A DNA stretch of 64,000 nucleotides, taken from NCBI GenBank assembly GCA_963666365.2, contig CAXXNF010000002.1, forward strand, positions 1 through 64,000. Reading direction: 5' to 3'. This document shows positions 12,001 to 24,000 of the stretch, piece by piece. The notes beneath the pieces were generated by a model. It saw only the letters and a list, made by a program, of their open reading frames with translations. It had not been told where the DNA came from and ran no database searches. The position numbers and the translations under genes were made by a program. Origin of the DNA: Syntrophales bacterium. Lineage in GTDB: Bacteria > Desulfobacterota > Syntrophia > Syntrophales > UBA2210. Numbering within the stretch: the first letter of the stretch is position 1; each line of letters starts with the position of its first letter.

Positions 12001-15000
12001 GACGATCAACACCACCGACACCACCGCGGCCAGCGTGACCATCGCCACGGGCCCCGACACGGCCGACGTGGTGCTTGACATCGACGGCGACGAGGGGGTG
12101 CTGCTGGCGGTCATGACGAACCTGACCCTGGACGTCTTCGGCTTTGTCAGCCTCGACGGGAGCCTGGCCTTCAAGAAGGCCACAGGGAGCTTCACCGTCA
12201 CCGACGCCTCGACGCACACCAGCACATCATTAAATAATGTCAGCTACCTGGAAGTGGGCGGTCATGTGAATAGTGCCTTCGCCGGCGTGGGGAGCATCGG
12301 CTTCGCACTCACCGGCGTGGACTTCGGCATCCTCATGGTGGGGGACACCAAGGGCACCGCAGTGACCACCGACGACGTGAACTACATGGCGTTGAAGGCC
12401 GATGTGGCGAGCGCCGGTCTCGTAGGGATCGACGGCCTCACCGCATCAGTAAATACTTTATCCGTAGAGGTGAACAAGACGAGCAGCCTCACGGCCCCGA
12501 ACACCGTCCTCGACTTCGTGAACAGCGACGAGACGATCAACACCACCGACACCACCGCGGCCAGCGTGACCATCGCCACGGGCCCCGACACGGCCGACGT
12601 GGTGCTTGACATCGACGGCGACGAGGGGGTGCTGCTGGCGGTCATGACGAACCTGACCCTGGACGTCTTCGGCTTTGTCAGCCTTGACGGGAGCCTCGCC
12701 TTCAAGAAGGCCACAGGGAGCTTCACCGTCACCGACGCCTCGACGCACACCTCCACCGCCCTGACCAATGTCAGCTACCTGGAAGTGGGCGGTCATGTGA
12801 ATAGTGCCTTCGCCGGCGTGGGGAGCATCGGCTTCGCACTCACCGGCGTGGACTTCGGCATCCTCATGGTGGGGGACACCAAGGGCACCGCAGTGACCAC
12901 CGACGACGTGAACTACATGGCGTTGAAGGCGGACGTGGCGAGCGCCGGTCTCGTAGGGATCGACGGCCTGACCGCTGAAGTGACCACCCTCTCCGTAGAG
13001 GTGAACAAGACGAGCAGCCTCACGGCCCCGAACACCGTCCTCGACTTCGTGAACAGCGACGAGACGATCAACACCACCGACACCAACGCGGCCAGCGTGA
13101 CCATCGCCACGGGTCCCGACACGGCCGACGTGGTGCTTGACATCGACGGCGACGAGGGGGTGCTGCTGGCGGTCATGACGAACCTGACCCTGGACGTCTT
13201 CGGTTTCGTCAGCCTTGACGGGAGCCTCGCCTTCAAGAAGGCCACGGGAAGCTTCACCGTCACCGACGCATCGACGCACACCAGCACATCATTAAATAAT
13301 GTCAGCTACCTGGAAGTGGGCGGTCATGTGAATAGTGCCTTCGCCGGCGTGGGGAGCATCGGCTTCGCACTCACCGGCGTGGACTTCGGCATCCTCATGG
13401 TGGGGGACACCAAGGGCACCGCAGTGACCACCGACGACGTGAACTACATGGCGTTGAAGGCGGACGTGGCGAGCGCCGGTCTCGTAGGGATCGACGGCCT
13501 CACCGCTGAAGTAAATACTTTATCCGTAGAGGTGAACAAGACGAGCAGCCTCACGGCCCCGAACAGCGTCCTCGACTTCGTGAACAGCGACGAGACGATC
13601 AACACCACCGACACCACCGCGGCCAGCGTGACCATCGCCACGGGCCCCGACACGGCCGACGTGGTGCTTGACATCGACGGCGACGAGGGGGTGCTGCTGG
13701 CGGTCATGACGAACCTGACCCTGGACGTCTTCGGCTTTGTCAGCCTCGACGGGAGCCTGGCCTTCAAGAAGGCCACAGGGAGCTTCACCGTCACCGACGC
13801 CTCGACGCACACCTCCACCGCCCTGACCAACGTCAGCTACCTCGAAGTGGGCGGTCATGTGAATAGTGCCTTCGCCGGCGTGGGGAGCATCGGCTTCGCA
13901 CTCACCGGCGTGGACTTCGGCATCCTCATGGTGGGGGACACCAAGGGCACCGCAGTGACCACCGACGACGTGAACTACATGGCGTTGAAGGCCGATGTGG
14001 CGAGCGCCGGTCTCGTAGGGATCGACGGCCTGACCGCTGAAGTGACCACCCTCTCCGTAGAGGTGAACAAGACGAGCAGCCTCACGGCCCCGAACACCGT
14101 CCTCGACTTCGTGAACAGCGACGAGACGATCAACACCACCGACACCAACGCGGCCAGCGTGACCATCGCCACGGGTCCCGACACGGCCGACGTGGTGCTT
14201 GACATCGACGGCGACGAGGGGGTGCTGCTGGCGGTCATGACGAACCTGACCCTGGACGTCTTCGGTTTCGTCAGCCTTGACGGGAGCCTCGCCTTCAAGA
14301 AGGCCACGGGAAGCTTCACCGTCACCGACGCATCGACGCACACCAGCACATCATTAAATAATGTCAGCTACCTGGAAGTGGGCGGTCATGTGAATAGTGC
14401 CTTCGCCGGCGTGGGGAGCATCGGCTTCGCACTCACCGGCGTGGACTTCGGCATCCTCATGGTGGGGGACACCAAGGGCACCGCAGTGACCACCGACGAC
14501 GTGAACTACATGGCGTTGAAGGCGGACGTGGCGAGCGCCGGTCTCGTAGGGATCGACGGCCTCACCGCTGAAGTAAATACTTTATCCGTAGAGGTGAACA
14601 AGACGAGCAGCCTCACGGCCCCGAACAGCGTCCTCGACTTCGTGAACAGCGACGAGACGATCAACACCACCGACACCACCGCGGCCAGCGTGACCATCGC
14701 CACGGGCCCCGACACGGCCGACGTGGTGCTTGACATCGACGGCGACGAGGGGGTGCTGCTGGCGGTCATGACGAACCTGACCCTGGACGTCTTCGGCTTT
14801 GTCAGCCTCGACGGGAGCCTGGCCTTCAAGAAGGCCACAGGGAGCTTCACCGTCACCGACGCCTCGACGCACACCTCCACCGCCCTGACCAACGTCAGCT
14901 ACCTGGAAGTGGGCGGTCATGTGAATAGTGCCTTCGCCGGCGTGGGGAGCATCGGCTTCGCACTCACCGGCGTGGACTTCGGCATCCTTATGGTGGGGGA

Positions 15001-18000
15001 CACCAAGGGCACCGCAGTGACCACCGACGACGTGAACTACATGGCGTTGAAGGCCGATGTGGCGAGCGCCGGTCTCGTAGGGATCGACGGCCTGACCGCA
15101 TCAGTAAATACTTTATCCGTAGAGGTGAACAAGACGAGCAGCCTCACGGCCCCGAACACCGTCCTCGACTTCGTGAACAGCGACGAGACGATCAACACCA
15201 CCGACACCAACGCGGCCAGCGTGACCATCGCCACGGGCCCCGACACGGCCGATGTGGTGCTTGACATCGACGGCGACGAGGGGGTGCTGCTGGCGGTCAT
15301 GACGAACCTGACCCTGGACGTCTTCGGCTTTGTCAGCCTCGACGGGAGCCTGGCCTTCAAGAAGGCCACGGGAAGCTTCACCGTCACCGACGCCTCGACG
15401 CACACCTCCACCGCCCTGACCAATGTCAGCTACCTGGAAGTGGGCGGTCATGTGAATAGTGCCTTCGCCGGCGTGGGGAGCATCGGCTTCGCACTCACCG
15501 GCGTGGACTTCGGCATCCTTATGGTGGGGGACACCAAGGGCACCGCAGTGACCACCGACGACGTGAACTACATGGCGTTGAAGGCCGATGTGGCGAGCGC
15601 CGGTCTCGTAGGGATCGACGGCCTGACCGCATCAGTAAATACTTTATCCGTAGAGGTGAACAAGACGAGCAGCCTCACGGCCCCGAACAGCGTCCTCGAC
15701 TTCGTGAACAGCGACGAGACGATCAACACCACCGACACCACCGCGGCCAGCGTGACCATCGCCACGGGCCCCGACACGGCCGATGTGGTGCTTGACATCG
15801 ACGGCGACGAGGGGGTGCTGCTGGCGGTCATGACGAACCTGACCCTGGACGTCTTCGGCTTTGTCAGCCTCGACGGGAGCCTCGCCTTCAAGAAGGCCAC
15901 AGGGAGCTTCACCGTCACCGACGCCTCGACGCACACCTCCACCGCCCTGACCAACGTCAGCTACCTCGAAGTGGGCGGTCATGTGAATAGTGCCTTCGCC
16001 GGCGTGGGGAGCATCGGCTTCGCACTCACCGGCGTGGACTTCGGCATCCTCATGGTGGGGGACACGAAGGGCACCGCAGTGACCACCGACGACGTGAACT
16101 ACATGGCGTTGAAGGCCGATGTGGCGAGCGCCGGTCTCGTAGGGATCGACGGCCTCACCGCTGAAGTGACCACCCTCTCCGTAGAGGTGAACAAGACGAG
16201 CAGCCTCACGGCCCCGAACAGCGTCCTCGACTTCGTGAACAGCGACGAGACGATCAACACCACCGACACCAACGCGGCCAGCGTGACCATCGCCACGGGC
16301 CCCGACACGGCCGATGTGGTGCTTGACATCGACGGCGACGAGGGGGTGCTGCTGGCGGTCATGACGAACCTGACCCTGGACGTCTTCGGCTTTGTCAGCC
16401 TCGACGGGAGCCTGGCCTTCAAGAAGGCCACAGGGAGCTTCACCGTCACCGACGCCTCGACGCACACCTCCACCGCCCTGACCAATGTCAGCTACCTGGA
16501 AGTGGGCGGTCATGTGAATAGTGCCTTCGCCGGCGTGGGGAGCATCGGCTTCGCACTCACCGGCGTGGACTTCGGCATCCTCATGGTGGGGGACACCAAG
16601 GGCACCGCAGTGACCACCGACGACGTGAACTACATGGCGTTGAAGGCGGACGTGGCGAGCGCCGGTCTCGTAGGGATCGACGGCCTCACCGCTGAAGTAA
16701 ATACTTTATCCGTAGAGGTGAACAAGACGAGCAGCCTCACGGCCCCGAACAGCGTCCTCGACTTCGTGAACAGCGACGAGACGATCAACACCACCGACAC
16801 CACCGCGGCCAGCGTGACCATCGCCACGGGTCCCGACACGGCCGACGTGGTGCTTGACATCGACGGCGACGAGGGGGTGCTGCTGGCGGTCATGACGAAC
16901 CTGACCCTGGACGTCTTCGGCTTTGTCAGCCTCGACGGGAGCCTCGCCTTCAAGAAGGCCACAGGGAGCTTCACCGTCACCGACGCCTCGACGCACACCT
17001 CCACCGCCCTGACCAACGTCAGCTACCTGGAAGTGGGCGGTCATGTGAATAGTGCCTTCGCCGGCGTGGGGAGCATCGGCTTCGCACTCACCGGCGTGGA
17101 CTTCGGCATCCTTATGGTGGGGGACACCAAGGGCACCGCAGTGACCACCGACGACGTGAACTACATGGCGTTGAAGGCCGATGTGGCGAGCGCCGGTCTC
17201 GTAGGGATCGACGGCCTGACCGCATCAGTAAATACTTTATCCGTAGAGGTGAACAAGACGAGCAGCCTCACGGCCCCGAACAGCGTCCTCGACTTCGTGA
17301 ACAGCGACGAGACGATCAACACCACCGACACCACCGCGGCCAGCGTGACCATCGCCACGGGCCCCGACACGGCCGATGTGGTGCTTGACATCGACGGCGA
17401 CGAGGGGGTGCTGCTGGCGGTCATGACGAACCTGACCCTGGACGTCTTCGGCTTTGTCAGCCTCGACGGGAGCCTCGCCTTCAAGAAGGCCACAGGGAGC
17501 TTCACCGTCACCGACGCCTCGACGCACACCTCCACCGCCCTGACCAATGTCAGCTACCTGGAAGTGGGCGGTCATGTGAATAGTGCCTTCGCCGGCGTGG
17601 GGAGCATCGGCTTCGCACTCACCGGCGTGGACTTCGGCATCCTCATGGTGGGGGACACGAAGGGCACCGCAGTGACCACCGACGACGTGAACTACATGGC
17701 GTTGAAGGCCGATGTGGCGAGCGCCGGTCTCGTAGGGATCGACGGCCTCACCGCTGAAGTGACCACCCTCTCCGTAGAGGTGAACAAGACGAGCAGCCTC
17801 ACGGCCCCGAACAGCGTCCTCGACTTCGTGAACAGCGACGAGACGATCAACACCACCGACACCAACGCGGCCAGCGTGACCATCGCCACGGGCCCCGACA
17901 CGGCCGATGTGGTGCTTGACATCGACGGCGACGAGGGGGTGCTGCTGGCGGTCATGACGAACCTGACCCTGGACGTCTTCGGCTTTGTCAGCCTCGACGG

Positions 18001-21000
18001 GAGCCTGGCCTTCAAGAAGGCCACAGGGAGCTTCACCGTCACCGACGCCTCGACGCACACCTCCACCGCCCTGACCAATGTCAGCTACCTGGAAGTGGGC
18101 GGTCATGTGAATAGTGCCTTCGCCGGCGTGGGGAGCATCGGCTTCGCACTCACCGGCGTGGACTTCGGCATCCTCATGGTGGGGGACACCAAGGGCACCG
18201 CAGTGACCACCGACGACGTGAACTACATGGCGTTGAAGGCCGATGTGGCGAGCGCCGGTCTCGTAGGGATCGACGGCCTGACCGCATCAGTAAATACTTT
18301 ATCCGTAGAGGTGAACAAGACGAGCAGCCTCACGGCCCCGAACACCGTCCTCGACTTCGTGAACAGCGACGAGACGATCAACACCACCGACACCAACGCG
18401 GCCAGCGTGACCATCGCCACGGGCCCCGACACGGCCGATGTGGTGCTTGACATCGACGGCGACGAGGGGGTGCTGCTGGCGGTCATGACGAACCTGACCC
18501 TGGACGTCTTCGGCTTTGTCAGCCTCGACGGGAGCCTCGCCTTCAAGAAGGCCACGGGAAGCTTCACCGTCACCGACGCCTCGACGCACACCTCCACCGC
18601 CCTGACCAATGTCAGCTACCTGGAAGTGGGCGGTCATGTGAATAGTGCCTTCGCCGGCGTGGGGAGCATCGGCTTCGCACTCACCGGCGTGGACTTCGGC
18701 ATCCTCATGGTGGGGGACACGAAGGGCACCGCAGTGACCACCGACGACGTGAACTACATGGCGTTGAAGGCCGATGTGGCGAGCGCCGGTCTCGTAGGGA
18801 TCGACGGCCTCACCGCTGAAGTGACCACCCTCTCCGTAGAGGTGAACAAGACGAGCAGCCTCACGGCCCCGAACAGCGTCCTCGACTTCGTGAACAGCGA
18901 CGAGACGATCAACACCACCGACACCACCGCGGCCAGCGTGACCATCGCCACGGGCCCCGACACGGCCGACGTGGTGCTTGACATCGACGGCGACGAGGGG
19001 GTGCTGCTGGCGGTCATGACGAACCTGACCCTGGACGTCTTCGGCTTTGTCAGCCTCGACGGGAGCCTGGCCTTCAAGAAGGCCACAGGGAGCTTCACCG
19101 TCACCGACGCCTCGACGCACACCAGCACATCATTAAATAATGTCAGCTACCTGGAAGTGGGCGGTCATGTGAATAGTGCCTTCGCCGGCGTGGGGAGCAT
19201 CGGCTTCGCACTCACCGGCGTGGACTTCGGCATCCTCATGGTGGGGGACACCAAGGGCACCGCAGTGACCACCGACGACGTGAACTACATGGCGTTGAAG
19301 GCCGATGTGGCGAGCGCCGGTCTCGTAGGGATCGACGGCCTGACCGCATCAGTAAATACTTTATCCGTAGAGGTGAACAAGACGAGCAGCCTCACGGCCC
19401 CGAACAGCGTCCTCGACTTCGTGAACAGCGACGAGACGATCAACACCACCGACACCACCGCGGCCAGCGTGACCATCGCCACGGGCCCCGACACGGCCGA
19501 TGTGGTGCTTGACATCGACGGCGACGAGGGGGTGCTGCTGGCGGTCATGACGAACCTGACCCTGGACGTGTATGGGTTCTTCTATGTGGACGGCGGTTTT
19601 GCCTTTAAGAAGAGTTCCGGTACCATTTCGGTGGCGGAGGGCACAACAATAGAGTCCGTTCAGGTTGATATGCTCACCCTCGGAGCCTCGGGTGTCGATG
19701 CCTTTGCCGGAGTCAACGGACCATACTATGTGGATAGCAACGGAGACGGCGTTATCGATGATACCGACGCTCCCAATGAAGCGGCCATGGGTCTGAACCT
19801 TTCGGACGTCAATTTTGCAATGGCCATGATGAAGCCAAAGGCGCCGACAGCCTCAAACAGTTCCACGGATCTGAGGACATGGCTCAGCCTGAGGGCCAGT
19901 GTGGGCGAAGCAAGCTTTGTCGGAGTTGAAGGTCTGACCGTCAGTGTGCGTAACTTCTGGGTTAATATCAACAAGGGCGGCGGTACGACCTCGACAGGGG
20001 CCGTGAATACGTCAGTGGCCCACTTTGCGGTAAATACGCTATCCATAGAGACGGGTGGCGATCCGATGTCTCTTAATTTTGATGGAACCACAGGATCCCT
20101 CCTCGAAGCATCGGGTCATGTGACGCTGGATATCTACGGCTTCTTCTATGTGGACGGGGCCTTTGCCTTCAAGAAAAGTTCCGGCGCCATCACAGTGACA
20201 AACGGCACATCTTCGCAAACAGTACAGGTAGACATGCTCACAATCGGGGCATCGGGGGTTGGTGCCTTTGCAGGCGTCAACGGGCCCTATTATGTGGACA
20301 GCAACGAAGACGGTGTAATTGACGAAAATGATACACCAAATGACAATTCAGTGGGACTTTCGCTGTCGGATGTCAACTTTGCACTGGCGCTGATGAAACC
20401 GAAGGTTTCCGCAACGGCCACCCAGAAGGATCTGAGAAGCTGGACAAGTCTCCGCGCAGGAATCGGTGAAGCGAGCTTCGTAGGAGTCGAAGGACTTACA
20501 ATAAGAGTAACAGACTTCTGGGTAAATATAAATCAAGGCGGCGGTACCACCACTACAGGTGCAGCAAACGACACCGTCGCACATTTTAAGAATGTGCCCC
20601 TCACTGTTGCCACAGGCGACGGCAACAGTCTTGCGTTGAATTTCGACGGCATGAAGGGTTCGTTGTTGCAGGCCTCCGGCGCTCTGACCCTCGGGATAGA
20701 GGATTTTGCGGTGGCGGGCGGTTTTGCCATAGAACGCAGCGTACACAATGAAGTCCGCAATGGACGGACCATCAAGGTAAGCAAGCTGCTTATCGGCGCC
20801 GCCGGTGTCGAACTGTTCCTCGGGGCCGGGGAAGAACCTTACGATAACGAAGATACCGGTGTTTTGGTGGAAGATGTTCAATTCGGGCTGGTGCTCTACA
20901 AGGAGATGGATATCACCACTCCGAGCGCGCCGACACCAGTGGGCGCCTCTTCAAAGATGGCACTGGTTGCCTCCGGCGCTGCCCGGCTGCTCGGGATTGA

Positions 21001-24000
21001 CGGACTCGTACTGAGCGGCACCCTTGAGTTGCGCAAGAATAATACGGGATTCACCAAGGATCTGGGCGGTGGGTATGTGGTCAATGAGGTGCTCAACATA
21101 CCCGACCCGGACAATCCCGGAACCACCATAGCGGTGGAAGTGAAATTCAAGGAGAATGTCGATCTTGCCCTCGCCGGCACGGTGATTTTTGCCATTGTCG
21201 ACACCGACAGCGGGAATGAATACCTTTCGCTCAAGGGAGGCTTTGCCTTCTCAAAATCCACTTCCGCTGACGGCACGGTCACAAAAATAAAGGTGGGAGC
21301 TGCCGGCGTGGAGACCTTTATTGGTGCAGGGCCGGCAAAAATACTTGACGAAAACACTGCCGACCCCGACGACATGATTATCAATCCCGATGCCATGGGT
21401 GTGTTCATCGAAGATGTGACAATCGGCGTGGTCTTGATAAAGAAGGCGGCGACCGCAAACACGCCGGCGAGTTCTTCCTATGCCATCGACGGCAGCGGTG
21501 CAGCCTCTCTGCTGGGGATAGAAAACCTTTCTCTGAGCGGTTCACTCTCAGTGCGGGTCAACAAGACGAACGCCCCGGTCGACGAGCACGTGACCGTGCC
21601 GCTGCCTGAAGGCGGAACGGAAGACGTCCATATTCTTTTCAAAACCGCCTCGTCCGATCCCGTGATAGCGGGAACGCTCGATCTCGATGTAGCCGGGGTG
21701 GTCACCCTTTCCGGCGGGTTCTCCTTCACGAAACATGTAGAAGGAACCGCCCCCGATATCACTACGAAAATATCCATAGGAATTGCCAATGTCACGGCAT
21801 TTGTGGGTGTGGATGCGGGGACACCGGATGCACTGGGCGTTCAGGCGACCATCGATAAACTTGGTCTGATATTATACAAAACCCAAGCGGGAACGTCCTA
21901 CGCACTCAACGGATCGGGAGGTGTTGCGCTGCTGGGCCTGGAGGGCCTTGATGTGGAGGGGAATGTCGCTGTCCAGATCAACAATTCCGGGAGGGTGGTC
22001 AACGAGGCCTTTGATGTTCCCAATCCGGACTTTGACCAGGATCAGCCGATAAGCGAGAGCAATCCGGAAACAATTCATGTAACGGTATCCTTTGCCACGC
22101 CGGCGGAACTAACCGCCTTTAAAGGCGAATTGACCTTAAAAGTGTTAGATGTCTTCACTCTTACCGGCACGGTGAGCTTCCGCAAGTCGGCCACGGGCAA
22201 GGTACAGATCGATATTCCTAATGCAAGTCTGATCGTCACGATGGATGGCACCGAGGTAGTGGGGGTGACCGGACATGCAAAATTCAGCATCGGAAACCCG
22301 GACGGCTTCAAGTTACAGGATCTGTCGATAGATGGATTTTCCATCTTCGGCGTCAATGCGGGACTCGATCCGGCAACGCCGGTGGCGAATCTGCCCAGTG
22401 CCGATCTTGTCTACCCGGTTGACGGCGGTGCGGTCAATCAGACCGAGCTGTTTGCGCGAAAATACATCGACGTGACCTTCAATGATCCGAATGGGGTCGG
22501 CCTTAACGAGGCTACCATTATTTCAGATCAATTGCCGGAAATCGCCCTCACCGGACCCAACGGCGCCGCCATTCCGGTCAGTAACGATCCCCAGAAAGTC
22601 GGGTACAACACCTATCGCTACACGCTGACGGTATCGGACATTACGAAACTTACTCTTGGGGACTGGCAAGTTGAAATAAAGGCGTTGAGTTTTGCCGATA
22701 ACAACGGCAATCGCAATATCGCTGAAATCGAGACCTTCACGATCCGCGACGGACCCAAGCCCACGGCAAACCTTGCGAATCCCACTACAGGCGCGCAGGT
22801 CGATCTGATGCTGCTCAACGCCCGTAAATTTATCGATGTCACCTTTGCCACCTATGATGGCGCTACTCTTGATACTTCCTCTATCAATGGGAACGAGTTC
22901 ACCCTGATCGGGACGGGGGTAAAAGATGCGGGTCTCTCGGGAGCGATAAGCGGGACTCCACAGCTGCTCTACGGCACGACGTACCGCTATACGCTGATCG
23001 ACACCTTGCCCAATAACGGCATCGATCTGTTCGGCGCGGGCACCGTTCAGGTGCAGTTCGTCGCCAATTCCTGGCAGGATTCGGCAGGCAATAAGAACAA
23101 TGCCGAGACGGAGACCTTCACCGTAGTGGCTGCCACGGCGGGCACACGTTCAACCACCACCGGTATGTCCATCGGACCCCTGTCGCTGGCGGGGCCGACA
23201 CTGGGCGTGACCTCTATAGGCTTCAAGGATATGAAGCTGGTACTGACCATCGGCATCGGCGTGGAAACGGCCTCGCTGAACTTCGGTTCGTCAAACGGCC
23301 AGCAGTCAAGCCAGCAGCAGTCCAGCGGCATCAGCACCACCCTGACCGGTCTTCTGGGCACCTTCGACCTGACCGTGGACGTCCTCGGATTTCTCCAGGG
23401 GAGTGGGTCTGTCGGCCTGACCGGGAAGTGGGGAGTGAGCATCAGTTCCTTTGTCCTGACCGTGCCGGATGTGGTAGTGGCCACGGCTCAGGGTATCAAG
23501 TTCGGCTACGATCCGTCCTACAAGGCGGAAGATCATCCCGATCCGGACAAACCGGGTAAATTCCTGCCTCAGACAATCTTGAGCATTGACAGGGCGTCGA
23601 TTTCCTTCCCGAAACTGCAGCTCGCCGGATGGATCGAGCCCTTCGATCCCGATGGTTCCGGACCCGAGAAGTCCATCCCCGGCCTCACCGTCTTTGACGA
23701 CGGTTTCCGCTTCGGCACGGCGGTAGTGGCCTACGGTATGAGTTCCGCGCCCGGTACGGGAGTGAGCCAGGGGACCAACACCACTCCCGGCGCTACTGAC
23801 GGCGCGGCCATAAAACTGGGCAGCATCCTGGAGTTCGACGACATCCGTGTGGGGGTAAGCAATTTCGAGGTCCATTTCGGCGAGGCCGTTAATTTCGACG
23901 GAGAGATCTTCATCGCCTCCGGCGGTGCCAAGTTCTTCAAGGATAAGCCGGTCAATGCGGTGATATCGGACCGTGCATCGGGCATGAGTTGTGGTAGAGA

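Larger units (their letters stand above)
1..19569 (+). repeat. Intragenic tandem array of ~36.9 near-identical 531-bp units (177 aa)
   Basis: The unit start gtgggcggtcat (VGGH) recurs at 39, 570, 1101, 1632, 2163, 2694, 3228 ... 10662, 11191, 11723 ... 18626, 19157 (37 starts). The array ends abruptly at ctggacgtg|tatgggttc (~19569) and continues off the 5' edge. Confidence 0.98.

Noticed and set aside
15..19548. Dozens of repeated 76-289 aa minus-strand ORFs (MVRAVEVCVEAS..., MTAHFQVADIG...)
   Set aside because: They are antisense shadows of the 531-bp coding repeat. Most variable sites are synonymous in the + frame, which marks it as the real coding frame.
1..19569. CRISPR array, satellite or non-coding repeat interpretation
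   Set aside because: Units are 531 bp (a multiple of 3), contiguous, without unique spacers, and translate in frame. No cas genes are present.
1..19569. Diversity-generating retroelement or invertible shufflon as the source of unit variation
   Set aside because: Variation is biallelic, mostly synonymous and not adenine-specific. No reverse transcriptase, recombinase or inverted repeats were seen.
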